Below, piece by piece: positions 46,482 through 58,400 of a stretch of 64,000 nucleotides of DNA; the first letter of the stretch is position 1, and each line of letters starts with the position of its first letter. The stretch lies in IMG/VR virus record IMGVR_UViG_3300032245_001127; one strand, 5' to 3'. The stretch is from a virus. The position numbers were made by a program, and so were the translations under genes. The notes below the pieces were generated by a model. That model worked only from the letters and a program-made list of their open reading frames with translations, was not told the DNA's origin and did no database searches.

Positions 46482-48027
46482 TTATTATTTCATCCTCTGG
46501 TTCACTTGTTGCTTTTTCTAATTCTTGTGCATTTTTATCAGTTTCAGCTGTTTGTGCAGTTTGTAACTGATTAATCTTATCTTGTTCGTTACCAATTTCT
46601 TTATCATTTTTTTGTATATCGTCTTCAGTTTGACGTAATACGTTTTTACGAACCCAAGTAATTGAATAATATTTACCGATATATTGTTCAATCGAATTTA
46701 ACATATTAATTCGTTGAGATAATATTTCGTTTTCTTTTAATTCAGTAAAGAAATTATCTTTTAAATAATCAAAACGAATATCTTGAGCGAATTGATCCCA
46801 CTCAACATCTTTCATTATTCCTTTTAAAATTAATTGCACTCGCATTAAATTATAGAATAACGAACTAAATTTGCGTCTTAAACGATCAACAAATTTTTGA
46901 AAGTTTAATTCATCTCTTGTAATCTCACTTGAACGACCTAAATTAAATCCTGTGTCGCTTACTAATCTTGATATTGGCACGTTTAATGCTTGATACAATT
47001 TTCTTTGGAAATATTGTATATCAGCAATCTCACCTAAATTTTGACCACCTTGTAATGTAGTGATTTCAGTTCCTTTTCCACCCTCTCTTCTCGGCATCCA
47101 AAAGTCTTCCATCATACTTAAATGTTTACGATCGTCTCGTACTTCACCAGTAGTCGCATCATAAACAACTTTATTTCTAAATTTGTTCATAATGTCATTT
47201 ACATATTGTTCTGCTTTTATCTTAGGCAGATTTCCAACATCAATGTAAAAAATTCTTCTTTCGGGTGCACGTGATAATCGATATATCACGATTGCATCCT
47301 CTACCATTTTTAACTGATTTGTCGGTTTAATCGCTTTATGTAAATGCGATAAAGTCATCCCACTATTCAGATCAGTTAAACCTGACGGACAGAATACTAC
47401 TGAATCTAAACTAAGTTTAATTCCAGTCGCAAGACTGTCTGTAATTCCTTTGTCATTATAAATGTAATATTCTTCAATTTCTTTAACGACGTCTATGCCA
47501 CGATCGTTTTTTTCTTTTTTATAATTCTTTATTTTTCTTATCTTACGAGGATCTATAAATCTTAATTCTACAATTCCTTTTTTCGTATCTGCTGGGTCGA
47601 TGATTATATGATAGTATAATCTTCCGTCAACATACCACGTACGAAATATATCGTGTCCTCGTGCATCAAATTGCAATAATTTATATACATTATCAAATTC
47701 ATCACGAATCGCATCTTTAATTGTATCTGATGCTTTTAATTCATCTAATACTATATCTAGTGATGGGCGATCATCATCTGAGATAATTGATTCGTTAATA
47801 ATATTTTCAATTGCATTATCTGCATCTGGATAATGAGATATCTCACGATATCTTTTAATTAAATCATTTTCGCCTTTTATACTCGCATCTAGATCAAGTG
47901 TAACTCCATAATAAGCAGAAGCATCAGCAACTACTGTACTTCCATCTACATTTGAAGGAGTAACAACCGAAGGAATTTCTTTCTTCGGCTGTTTTCTCTT
48001 AATCTCAAAACCAAATAATTCTGCCAT
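46465..48027 (-). CDS. gp20: Portal protein
   Basis: WYVDGRLYYH, YRLSRAPERRIFYIDVGNLPK, EDFWMPRREGGKGTEI. Confidence 0.98.
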   Translation of the reverse strand: MAELFGFEIKRKQPKKEIPSVVTPSNVDGSTVVADASAYYGVTLDLDASIKGENDLIKRYREISHYPDADNAIENIINESIISDDDRPSLDIVLDELKASDTIKDAIRDEFDNVYKLLQFDARGHDIFRTWYVDGRLYYHIIIDPADTKKGIVELRFIDPRKIRKIKNYKKEKNDRGIDVVKEIEEYYIYNDKGITDSLATGIKLSLDSVVFCPSGLTDLNSGMTLSHLHKAIKPTNQLKMVEDAIVIYRLSRAPERRIFYIDVGNLPKIKAEQYVNDIMNKFRNKVVYDATTGEVRDDRKHLSMMEDFWMPRREGGKGTEITTLQGGQNLGEIADIQYFQRKLYQALNVPISRLVSDTGFNLGRSSEITRDELNFQKFVDRLRRKFSSLFYNLMRVQLILKGIMKDVEWDQFAQDIRFDYLKDNFFTELKENEILSQRINMLNSIEQYIGKYYSITWVRKNVLRQTEDDIQKNDKEIGNEQDKINQLQTAQTAETDKNAQELEKATSEPEDEIINDKQN

Positions 48028-48068
48028 AATCTATATTTCTAACTCTCTAAATTTAGAAAGTTTGTTAA

Positions 48069-48662
48069 TTATATTTTAATCGGGAACGATCCAACTGGTG
48101 TATCAATTGAAACATTAACTCCAATACCATCACGTGTAGCTGTATCACTATCAAAGTAATTAAATTGAAACTCTACATCAAATGTTTCGATTGCATTTGT
48201 TGTATCGTAATCTAATGTAACTGCACCAATAGAGATTGGATATGCATCTACAAATCTGTAAGATTTTACGATTGCACCAGAACGATCTAATTGACGAACA
48301 TTTAGATCAGTTTGATAATCTCTTGGATTTACTCGTCCATTTGTTGTTTGATAATTTTGTATTCCATTTGACCAACGTTCCATCGCATTTCTTATATTGA
48401 AATTAGTGTCGTTGTAAATAGATACTGTCCATGTAGTAAATGTTCTTTCTCCTGCAAAATTAACTGCACGACCTCTATATTGAACAGGGATGTTCTCAAT
48501 AGTGCTCGCTGGTAATTGTGCTGCTTTGCAAAGGAATTGTCCTTGTGCACTTGCAACTAAACCTGCAATCACGTAGCTAGGAAAAGTTAATTCTACACGA
48601 AACTGATTCGGACGTGCTCCACCTCCGAACATTTGCGCTTTAAAATCTGCTATATCAGCCAT
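48069..48662 (-). CDS. gp19: Tail tube protein
   Basis: GARPNQF, AGERTF..W. Confidence 0.93.
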   Translation of the reverse strand: MADIADFKAQMFGGGARPNQFRVELTFPSYVIAGLVASAQGQFLCKAAQLPASTIENIPVQYRGRAVNFAGERTFTTWTVSIYNDTNFNIRNAMERWSNGIQNYQTTNGRVNPRDYQTDLNVRQLDRSGAIVKSYRFVDAYPISIGAVTLDYDTTNAIETFDVEFQFNYFDSDTATRDGIGVNVSIDTPVGSFPIKI

Positions 48663-48684
48663 TGTGTTTTTCTCCTTTAATTAT

Positions 48685-50397
48685 TTAGCCACCGATTTCA
48701 CTAAAATTAACACTTGATCTTGCTGCAACAAATGTTAAATTAATGAAGTTGATTGAGCGATTAGGTTTAATGAATATACTCGCAACAAATTCGTTACGAT
48801 CTATTACATCAGCAGTGTTGTTTGTTTCGTCGCACACTACTCTAAAATCAGTTATTCCACGACGACCTTGTATATCTCTTAAGAAAGGTTCAACCTGATT
48901 CTTAAATTGAGCTCTTGTAAATGAATCGTTGAATTCAAATAATTGTGCTTTTGCAGCAATCGCAATCGCTTTTTCAAGAACAATAAACAATCTTCTTACG
49001 TTAATACGATCGAAAGCACTTGGTGCTGACAATAAAGTTTTATCGCCGAATAATTGAGTTCCTTGTCCAGGAAAAGTTACAACTGGATTAATTCCTGCTT
49101 GATATAATGTGTCGCGTTGTGTTTTATTTGGAGATAATCCAAGTTTAACAACGTTTTTAATTTGACCACGATTTGTTCCAGCTGGAGAATACCATGGATC
49201 TTGTGCATAGTCTGTTCTTGCACATAATCCAGCGATATCACCATTTAATGGAACATAACGATATTTGTCGTTATAACGATCATATTGATACTTAGATCCT
49301 GTATCTAATACTGCATATGATGTTGATGGTAAAGAATTACGATATGTTTTAATATCTGCCACAGCTGTTGCAGAATCAGATGTAATAATTCCACCAGTAG
49401 ATGTTTCTGGAGAAATTAAAGCAATACAATCTTTTCTTACTTCTGTAACGTTATTAATTACATAAGTTGATGTTGCTGCTGTCGCTTTTCCTAATAATAC
49501 TAAACTAATATCATATAATTCATCGTTTGCAAATAAAGAATATGCAGTTTGAATGTTTCCTGCAGATACTCCAGCATAATCATCTACACCACCAGTAAGT
49601 GAAGCATTTGTTGCTGCTGTAATATCTTTAAATGCATTTCCTGCTCCAGTAGAACCCCATGCAACAGCATTCGGATTCGCAACGTTGTTTACTTCAGCAG
49701 ATTGAGTTGGATGATCCATCCACCATAAATATTCTGAGTTTGAATTGATTACGTCTTTGTAATAATTGTTTGATCCGTCAAATTTCTTAGCATCTCTTGC
49801 TTTTGAAACGTGAGCAAATTTTTCTAATACAGTTCCTGCAGTTCCTGTGAACGCACCATCTTCATCAACTACGATAATATGAACTTCATCGTTTGATGCA
49901 TTTTGGTTAGTTGCCCAAGCTGACGTATCTGGAGATCTTTCAAATTGAGCTTCATATGCCCAACCTGTAAATGTTGATTTATCTGCCATTGATACTTTTA
50001 ACGAGTTACCAAGTGAACCAGCCCATTTAGCTGCAAATTCTCCTACAGTACCTTGTCCGTCTGCATATGTACTTAAATATGTACTTGCGTTTTTAATTTT
50101 TACTGCTGTTCCTGACACTACTGCGTTTTTGTCAGTTGAACCATTCCCACGAACTACTAATAGATTATTTGCATAAGCTAAAAAATTTGCTGCTGTGAAA
50201 AACGATTCGAAATTATTATCGTTTGGTTGTCCGAAACGATCTACTAATTCTACTTCTGAAGCTATTTGTACAGGGTCTTCAATCGGTCCCCATGCGAATT
50301 TGCCAGCAAATGCACCTGCGCTTGTTGCAACATTTGGTACAATTGTTGAAAAATCCTTCTCCGTTACAATTACTCCAGGACTAAGTTGGAATGCCAT
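48685..50397 (-). CDS. gp18: Tail sheath protein
   Basis: SPGV..E.D, WYSPAG, FDRINVRRLF, KPNRSINFI. Confidence 0.96.
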   Translation of the reverse strand: MAFQLSPGVIVTEKDFSTIVPNVATSAGAFAGKFAWGPIEDPVQIASEVELVDRFGQPNDNNFESFFTAANFLAYANNLLVVRGNGSTDKNAVVSGTAVKIKNASTYLSTYADGQGTVGEFAAKWAGSLGNSLKVSMADKSTFTGWAYEAQFERSPDTSAWATNQNASNDEVHIIVVDEDGAFTGTAGTVLEKFAHVSKARDAKKFDGSNNYYKDVINSNSEYLWWMDHPTQSAEVNNVANPNAVAWGSTGAGNAFKDITAATNASLTGGVDDYAGVSAGNIQTAYSLFANDELYDISLVLLGKATAATSTYVINNVTEVRKDCIALISPETSTGGIITSDSATAVADIKTYRNSLPSTSYAVLDTGSKYQYDRYNDKYRYVPLNGDIAGLCARTDYAQDPWYSPAGTNRGQIKNVVKLGLSPNKTQRDTLYQAGINPVVTFPGQGTQLFGDKTLLSAPSAFDRINVRRLFIVLEKAIAIAAKAQLFEFNDSFTRAQFKNQVEPFLRDIQGRRGITDFRVVCDETNNTADVIDRNEFVASIFIKPNRSINFINLTFVAARSSVNFSEIGG

Positions 50398-50493
50398 TTT
50401 TAATTCTCCTCTTTATATTACATGGATTATGATGGTGCCTTGAGTTAAAAGCACTCTTCATACGTTGTTATTTATTCTTTTAAGTATTTCACT

Positions 50494-52074
50494 TTAAAAA
50501 TTATATGGATTATAACTCTTATCGCTACCATCATCATAAAAACCAAATGGAGTTAATTCTTCCTCTATTTGCTTCATTTGATTTTGAAACATCTCTCTTC
50601 GAAGATTTACATCTGTTATTTCTTTAAAATAAGGATCAGATGTAAGCCATGCGAATAGAACACAAGTCATTGCAAGATCGTCATTATATCCATCGTCAGC
50701 AGAATATGATCCACCACGTTGAATAAATGTCGTCAATTCATTTATTATATCAATATCAAAGATAAGTAAATTCTTTGATTCGATTAAATTTTTTAAAGTT
50801 GTACAACCTTTTCTCTTTACTCGAGCATCAGTTGATACACCTAATTGTATATTTTTAGAACCAAACCCACCAGAAACAATCTGACCATTTGGTCCACGAG
50901 AAACAAATATCATATTCTCATATTCAATTTCATTATAAAGAATATATGGTACTTGTTCACTACTATTAATCTCAATTAGAACAAATGCTTTATTATAATC
51001 TTTTGCAACTTTTGCAATGATCGAAGGATAAAGCAGTGGACTTATTGTATTACTTCTATACTTTGCTACCACTTTATATGGCAACTCTGTTATATCAAAA
51101 ATTGTAAATGCACTATAATCTGCACCAATTCCTTTACTTGTATCAGCTACACAAATATATTTGTGTTTAAGTTCTGGCTTGTCAAGAACATCTAAACCAT
51201 CTTTACTATGAATAAATGATTTAGGCGATAGTGTACGAAGTGTATCACCAGCGATTAAAGTTAGTGTAGATCCAAGAAACTCACAAAGAACTTCTTGATT
51301 ATATTTTAATTCTCCTAATAAACTCTTTTGTGTTGCAGCCCACTTTTCATCTCTTCCTGGAATTTTCCAATAAGGAATAAAAAGATTTACAAATCCGTTT
51401 TTATTCTCTTTCGCATCATTCCAAAACTTCCAGAAATGATTATATCCTAAAGGAGTAGAAGATAATAATATCTTAGTTGTTTCTCCTGCTGAAATAGTAG
51501 GATATACTGAAGTAAAAAATTCATCAGCAACATTATTCGGCACAATTGCAGCTTCATCTACATATAACCAATTAACAGATTTACCACGAATCGCACTTGC
51601 TGAAGTTGCAGCTGTAAAAACTTTACTTCCGTTTTCTAATTCTATATCGCCTTTATTCCAAGTTGTTACACCTTGTTGTAACCAAATAGGCAAATTTTCA
51701 TACATTAATTGATAACGAGATAAAACTTCTCTTGCAGCAGTGGCTTTATTCGCAAGGATTGCAACTGTTACGTTATCAGTAAATAATGTAAAATGGAGTA
51801 TGCAAGCAGCAGATGTAATTGTTTTTCCTTGCTGTCTTCCTTCCATTAATATGACTTTACGATTCTTCATTATAATATCAACTTTTTCTCGTTGACAATC
51901 GTAAAGTTTAAAATCGACTAATCCTTTATCTAATGAAACTATTTTACAATATGTTTCTATAAAGTAAATTGGATTTTCTTTACATTTTAAATATTCTTTT
52001 ACTTGCTCTGGAGTAAAATCTATTTTTACACCTGCTGCTTTTAACGCAGCATTCGCATTATAAAAGTTCGCCAT
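50494..52074 (-). CDS. gp17: Terminase large subunit
   Basis: RQQGKT, YVDEAA, SSTPLG.NHF, DYSAF, DDLAM. Confidence 0.96.
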   Translation of the reverse strand: MANFYNANAALKAAGVKIDFTPEQVKEYLKCKENPIYFIETYCKIVSLDKGLVDFKLYDCQREKVDIIMKNRKVILMEGRQQGKTITSAACILHFTLFTDNVTVAILANKATAAREVLSRYQLMYENLPIWLQQGVTTWNKGDIELENGSKVFTAATSASAIRGKSVNWLYVDEAAIVPNNVADEFFTSVYPTISAGETTKILLSSTPLGYNHFWKFWNDAKENKNGFVNLFIPYWKIPGRDEKWAATQKSLLGELKYNQEVLCEFLGSTLTLIAGDTLRTLSPKSFIHSKDGLDVLDKPELKHKYICVADTSKGIGADYSAFTIFDITELPYKVVAKYRSNTISPLLYPSIIAKVAKDYNKAFVLIEINSSEQVPYILYNEIEYENMIFVSRGPNGQIVSGGFGSKNIQLGVSTDARVKRKGCTTLKNLIESKNLLIFDIDIINELTTFIQRGGSYSADDGYNDDLAMTCVLFAWLTSDPYFKEITDVNLRREMFQNQMKQIEEELTPFGFYDDGSDKSYNPYNF

Positions 52075-52089
52075 AAATTTCTTAAACGA

Positions 52090-53013
52090 TTAAATAACTG
52101 TAATCGTTCCTAACATTGTTCCAGGATTTGCTTTACTTCTATATTTGTAAGTATTTCCAGTTGCTGCAGACATTGGTATTGTAAACGTAATTGTTTCGTT
52201 TTGGTCTGCTTCATTTCTTGTTGATCCTGTAGAAGAAATATAATCAGTTGCTGGAGCAACATCAGAGGAATCTAATATTTCTAAAATTTGTCCTACTCTA
52301 GTATTTGTAAATTTATATGTTTCGCCACGCTGTACAATAATTGTTGGGTCGGACTCACCAGCAGTTGCAAGACCTCTTCCTGTAACTGTATAATTTGTAG
52401 TTCCAGTTCCTGCATATGTAAAGGTTGCTCTTGTATCAACAGCACCGACTGCTCCATTTACAGATGTTACTAATGCTTCTAATTGTATGTTACTTGCATC
52501 TGGGTTTGAAATAGATAAACCAGCACCTGCGATAATATTTACATCATCGATTGAACCTGATGAACCACTTAAACGAATTGCTCTTTGTCCTGAAACGATA
52601 GACTCAATGCTAATACCATAAGTGATAGTTGATACGTTATTTGTTAATGTGATTGTATTCGCATCAGTTCTTGCGATCGTTAATCCTGCGTTTGCACTTA
52701 ATATTGAAATGTCATCTGTTGTAGTATCAGAACCAGTTAAACGTACTTTCGCACCACTCGTAACTGTTTCAGCACTAATCGCATAAGTAGTGTTTGTGTC
52801 TATATCTGTATTTGGTACAAAATTCGTTCCGTCAAATTTTAATGTTGCTCCATTTGAAATAGAAGTTCCTGGAATTAATATACGTGGTGTGTTTCCACCA
52901 AGTGCTGTATATAATTCGTCAAAATTTGCTTGTATCTTTACGCCACCATCACGAAGTGTATTGCCTGTACCATCGTTTGGAGTAAGACCAACGTTTAATG
53001 TTTGTTTTGCCAT
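52090..53013 (-). CDS. Virion structural protein with gp9/gp10-type N-terminus
   Basis: MAKQ..NVG..PNDGTG..LR.GG.KI..NF.ELY. Confidence 0.7.
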   Translation of the reverse strand: MAKQTLNVGLTPNDGTGNTLRDGGVKIQANFDELYTALGGNTPRILIPGTSISNGATLKFDGTNFVPNTDIDTNTTYAISAETVTSGAKVRLTGSDTTTDDISILSANAGLTIARTDANTITLTNNVSTITYGISIESIVSGQRAIRLSGSSGSIDDVNIIAGAGLSISNPDASNIQLEALVTSVNGAVGAVDTRATFTYAGTGTTNYTVTGRGLATAGESDPTIIVQRGETYKFTNTRVGQILEILDSSDVAPATDYISSTGSTRNEADQNETITFTIPMSAATGNTYKYRSKANPGTMLGTITVI

Positions 53014-53031
53014 ATTTTTATATTCCTTATT

Positions 53032-53778
53032 TTATTCTATATCAAAAGCACTTGTTTTGTATATCGTGCTCCAAGTTTCACTTGTAATTCCACCTGTATT
53101 TAGGTTACCAATTACTGTATATTGCTGATCAGGATTTCCTATATCCACGATCGCTTTCGAAATGATTTTACCATTTGGATTAACATAACCAAATAAATTA
53201 ATCTTTAATTGGAAATTCATAGTCCAAGTTACAAATCTTCTTGTTTCAAATGCACCATCATATTCATCACTAAAAACAATACTACTTAATACAATCGGCA
53301 CATCTGACACCACATTTAATGGAGTATTCAATGACTGTATTGACATTGTAAACTCTGGTGTAAAATATGGTAATATTTGCTCAACAATTTGTAAACCATC
53401 TTCAGTGGTTTTTGTTAAAGCATATAAACTAATATCCAAATTATAAGGTACTGGAGAATATACTGAAGTTGCACCAGTAACTGTATTTTGTGTTATATTA
53501 TTTAATCTTCCTACTTTTCTTGTAGGATCGTAATTAATTCCTGTCATTTCAAATGACAAACGAGGTAATGTCGTATAAACATTATTCTCTAATTTTGGAT
53601 CTTGGTCAATCCTTTGAATCCATTTTTCTTTTGGAGCATAAGCAATTGGTATTAATAGTGTTTGTTCTACACCACCTTGCTTATTTTTTCTCTCAATTTT
53701 AAGATCACTAAAAATTTTAGCAAATCCTATAATACAATTTCGTATCGTTTCATGATAATATGGTGCTTTTCCTAACAT
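53032..53778 (-). CDS. gp15: Tail sheath stabiliser / terminator
   Basis: IPIAYAPKEK, LPRLSFE, QIVEQILPYF.P. Confidence 0.93.
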   Translation of the reverse strand: MLGKAPYYHETIRNCIIGFAKIFSDLKIERKNKQGGVEQTLLIPIAYAPKEKWIQRIDQDPKLENNVYTTLPRLSFEMTGINYDPTRKVGRLNNITQNTVTGATSVYSPVPYNLDISLYALTKTTEDGLQIVEQILPYFTPEFTMSIQSLNTPLNVVSDVPIVLSSIVFSDEYDGAFETRRFVTWTMNFQLKINLFGYVNPNGKIISKAIVDIGNPDQQYTVIGNLNTGGITSETWSTIYKTSAFDIE

Positions 53779-54695
53779 TAAAATTCTCCAAAAGGATTAT
53801 CTTCTGACCATGCAACTTTATTTCCAGAAGTATTTCTTTCAACTCTTGCAGAAACGTTATCACCATATCCACCTTGACGATCAACATTCATATTAATCGT
53901 ACATGTAGCAGTTGCTGTTACTCCACCTGCTGGCGCACTACTAATTGTTACGATTGGTACAGATCTAAACCCACTACCAACATTTGTAATTGTCGCACTA
54001 TTAATTTTTCCATTTTCAATCGTACAAACTGCTGTAGCATTTGTAAGTGGATCTCCACCAGAAAAAGTAATAGTTGGAGCAGTAATATATCCAGCACCAA
54101 TATTCGTAATTGTTAATGAATCTACGTACATTACTTCATTACGAGTTGGATTAATGTCAAAAGTTTTTAATGTTTCAAACGTATCAATTTCTGGAATACC
54201 AGTATCAAGTCGCTCAGAAGCATATTGGAATAATTCAACTTGTAATTTATATACATAAAGTTTTCCTAATTGATAGAAAGGATCTTGATGTTTTACAAAT
54301 TTAATTTCAAATAAACTTTTTGTTAAAGGAAAATAAATTAGATCTCCTTCAACTGGTCTTGATGTTAATATAGTATTACCATATTGACCAACTAATTGGT
54401 TCCACTTTCTTCTTGCTACTGTTAATGTAGCAGATTGTTCTAGCATTAAACCAAATTTTTGTATGAACGCACCTTGTCCATCATAACTATCTATATTATC
54501 AAAATACATTTCAATCGGATAAGCATGTTCAAATTTGCTTAAAGTATCTTCTCCAAGAATCTGATCTTTATTTACATACTTTCTTGGAATGTAATAAACA
54601 GATTGTCCATAAATGCTTAAAGATTCAATAATTAAATCTTCAATTAGATTCTGTTCGTTACCAGTCCCTTGCGTAAAATATACATTTCGAGACAT
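53778..54695 (-). CDS. gp14: Neck protein
   Basis: YYIPR, RPVEGDLIYFP, PFYQLGK, NPFGE. Confidence 0.93.
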   Translation of the reverse strand: MSRNVYFTQGTGNEQNLIEDLIIESLSIYGQSVYYIPRKYVNKDQILGEDTLSKFEHAYPIEMYFDNIDSYDGQGAFIQKFGLMLEQSATLTVARRKWNQLVGQYGNTILTSRPVEGDLIYFPLTKSLFEIKFVKHQDPFYQLGKLYVYKLQVELFQYASERLDTGIPEIDTFETLKTFDINPTRNEVMYVDSLTITNIGAGYITAPTITFSGGDPLTNATAVCTIENGKINSATITNVGSGFRSVPIVTISSAPAGGVTATATCTINMNVDRQGGYGDNVSARVERNTSGNKVAWSEDNPFGEF

Positions 54696-54701
54696 AATTA
54701 C

Positions 54702-55442
54702 CTACCCTACAAAGAATTCTAATGGTGCACTCTTACCTGTTAATTCTTCTTCTAATTCTTTTTTTTCTTCAATTGCTTCAGCATACAACTTATCGCCATC
54801 TAGTGTTACACCTCCTGGAAGTGTTAAGCCAGAAAACTTTTTAAGATTAGTTCCCCATTGTTGTTTAAAAAGAACAGTTGTATATTTCTTTAACCAATTT
54901 TCATTCCAAACTCTTGCGAAACTTGCAGGATCGATTGCTTTATATGTGTCGATCATTAAATAGTCATCTACTTTTACGTTTACTCCCCAATTAATATCAA
55001 TATATAAACGATTTGTCAATCGATTAAAACGATATAATGGCATACCATTTAATATAGTATCAAGCATTTGTAAATGCCCCATTACAGTTGTAAAATAAAC
55101 AACTGATGTAGAAGTTAAATCGTATAAGTCATTTAATCTTAATTGATATTGTAAATCAAATATATTTTTTGATGTACTTGATCCAGAATAAATCGAATAA
55201 ACTCTCGATATACCAAAAACATTATCATTAATTGGAATATACTTATTTGTCAAATCTGAGTTTGTAACTTTATGCATTAAATATGCTCTCTCAGAACCAT
55301 CCCAATGATAGATATTAAAATATTCTAATGCTTCGTCAATGCGATCTTCTAATTGCTCATCTGCAACATTTATTTCAACAACAGGTGCACCCAATCTTCT
55401 AAGTGCATAATCTTTAAGTCCTTCTCTTGTAGAGATAGGCAT
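54702..55442 (-). CDS. gp13: Neck protein
   Basis: LRRLGAPVVEINV, QQWGTNL.KF..LPGGV. Confidence 0.95.
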   Translation of the reverse strand: MPISTREGLKDYALRRLGAPVVEINVADEQLEDRIDEALEYFNIYHWDGSERAYLMHKVTNSDLTNKYIPINDNVFGISRVYSIYSGSSTSKNIFDLQYQLRLNDLYDLTSTSVVYFTTVMGHLQMLDTILNGMPLYRFNRLTNRLYIDINWGVNVKVDDYLMIDTYKAIDPASFARVWNENWLKKYTTVLFKQQWGTNLKKFSGLTLPGGVTLDGDKLYAEAIEEKKELEEELTGKSAPLEFFVG

Positions 55443-55444
55443 GA

Positions 55445-58400
55445 TTACATACCCCCAAGAGCAATTGCTAATGCTGCTGCTGTTGAAGAAGAAACTCCAC
55501 CACCACCACCAACACCATTTGTAGCTGTAGCCACGCTCACGTTACTTCCTGAAGGATAACCACCTGCTGAATTATTATTAAATACAAAATAACCATCAGC
55601 ATGCATTGAAACTTTTGTTGATCCCATAAATAATGAAGCACCATCTAGATATAAATGTCTAAATTTATTTGCTGCTGATCCTAAATCAATTGTTGCGTTT
55701 GCGTTTGGTATTAAATTTCCACTAATTGTTGCAGCACCAATTGTTTTATTCGTTAGTGTATCTGTAGTCGCTCTACCAACTAATGTGTCTGTTGAAGTTG
55801 GTAATGTAAGTGTTCCTGTATTAGATATAGTGCTAATAATAGGCGAAGTTAAAGTTTTATTTGTAAGCGTATCAGTTGTTGCTCTTCCAACTAAAGTGTC
55901 AGTTGAAGTAGGTAATGTCAATGTTCCAGTGTTAGAGATAGAAGATATAACTGGAGATGTTAATGTTTTATTTGTTAAAGTATCTGTAGTCGTTCTACCA
56001 ACTAAAGTATCTGTTGATGTAGGTAATGTCAATGTTCCAGTGTTAGAGATAGAAGATATAACTGGAGATGTTAATGTTTTATTTGTTAATGTGTCTGTAG
56101 TTGCACGACCAACTAATGTATCAGTTGCTGATGGTAATGTTAATGTTCCGCTCGCAGTCGCAGCCACATTTAATGTTGTTTTACCTGAACTTGAACCACT
56201 TAATGCTAATGTTTTTCCTGCAGCAGTTTCAGTGTTTCCTAATACAACGACACCAGTTCCTTTTGGTGTAATATTAAGTCCAACATTTGCGTCTGATCCT
56301 GTTGCAGAAAGAGTTGGGTTATTTCCTGTTGCAGCATTGTTAATCGCAAGTTCATTTACAGCACCAAGCGTTTCATTAATTCTTAGAACAAGAGTACTAT
56401 TGTTTGTTATTATTCCAGCAAGCCCATAACCATTTGGCACAATCTTTGGTAATTCTAAGTTTTTATTCGTTAATGTTTCAGAACCATCTAAAGTCGCAAC
56501 AGTACCAGTTGTTGGTAAAGTTATTGATGTATTTGCAGTAGTTGTTAAACCAAGAGTATGAGCACCAGTATGTGTAAAATTACCACCAAGTGTAAGTGTT
56601 TTGCCAGAATTATTTACTCCAGTTCCACCATATTGACCAGCGATTGCTGAACCTTGCCATGTTCCACTCGAAATTGTTCCTAATGTTGTAATTGTGTTTT
56701 GACCAGCATATGTTGAAGCAATATCAATACTATTTGCATTTACAGTAATACGATCTGCAGTTCCAACTGCGTCAATTGTATTACCATCTTTTGTTAATCC
56801 ATTTCCAGCTATTATTTGACCAGCACCAGAAAATTGAGTAAATGAAATATTTGTAGTTCCGACTGTAACCATTGGGATTGTTTGTACAAATCCTTGATTA
56901 CCAAATTGTGTTCCATTTGATACAAATAAGAAATCACCACTCGCAACTTCTGAAACAGAATCAAAATCTGTTGCTCTTGTTAATATTGTTTTTGTTGCGT
57001 CAATAGTATAGATACCATTGTGAGCAGCATTTGCTTGATTTTTAATTAAAAGTCTATCACCACTTACTACTGTGTATGATGTATCTAAAGTTGTTAAAGC
57101 ATTTTGTAATGTTAATGTTGCACCATTTCCAGCTGTACCATTATCGTAAGTGACTGTGCCACCTGTTAAAACTGCAAGTGTGTCTGTTGTTGCAGCTTTT
57201 ACTGATGCATGAACGTGAAGACCTGCTTCAAGAGCATCAATATAAGATTTTGGAACAAGAGAATTAGCACCAAATCCTGCTCTTCCAGTATAACCAGCAG
57301 GAACATTTACAACTCCTGTTCCATCTGGCGATAATGATATATTAGAATTACTTGTTGTGCTAATAGTTGTGATAACTGGCGAAGTTAAAGTTTTATTTGT
57401 TAATGTTTCAGCACCACTAATTGTAACAAAATTATCATCTGATAATGCTGTATTAAATTCAGCTGTAGTTCCAGTAATTATATTATTAGCTAAATTGATT
57501 GATTTATTTGTTAATGTATCTGTAGTTGCTTTTCCAACTAAAGTATCTGTTCCTGTAGGAATAGTTATTGTTCCACTATTAGAAACAGAAGATATTACAG
57601 GAGTTGTTAATGTTTTGTTTGTTAATGTTTCTGTTCCAGTTAATGAAACGAAATTATCATCTGATAATGCAGTATTGAATTGTGCTAATGTTCCTGTAAT
57701 TGTGTTTGATGTTAAATCAATTGATTTGTTTGTTAATGTGTCTGTAGTTGCACGACCAACTAATGTATCTGTTCCAGTAGGAATAGTTATTGTTCCACTA
57801 TTAGAAATACTAGAAATAACAGGAGTAGTTAATGTTTTGTTTGTTAAAGTATCTGTTGTAGCTCTACCAACTAAAGTATCAGTTGATGTTGGTAATGTTA
57901 ATGTTCCAGTATTACTGATTGAAGATATTATAGGAGTCGTTAATGTCTTATTCGTTAATGTTTCTGTTCCTGCAAGTGTAGCGAAATCACCATCACTCAA
58001 TGCTGCATTAAACTCTGCTTTAGTACCTGTAATTGTATTAGTTGTAAGACTTATAGATTTATTTGTTAAAGTTTCAGAACCTGCTAATGTAGCAAAATCT
58101 GCATCAGTCATAGCTGCATTAAACTCTGCTTTAGTGCCTGTAATTGTATTAGTTGTAAGACTTATAGATTTATTTGTTAATGTATCTGATGTTGCTCGAC
58201 CAACTAAAGTATCAGTTGCGTCTGGAAGAGAAAGTGTTCTGTCTGCTGTTGGATCAACTGTTGTTAAAGTTGTTTCAAAATTATCAGCAGTTGCACCCTC
58301 AAATACAAAAGCATTTTGAATATTAACTGTTGTTGAGTCTACTGTAGTTGTTGTACCAGAAACAGTAAGATTACCTGTGACTGTTAAATTATTATTAACT

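Noticed and set aside
57407-58183. CRISPR-like periodicity
   Set aside because: 111-bp coding repeats without unique spacers; no cas genes
55785-58319. Plus-strand Val-rich ORFs (214 and 320 aa)
   Set aside because: Antisense of the Thr-rich fibre repeats
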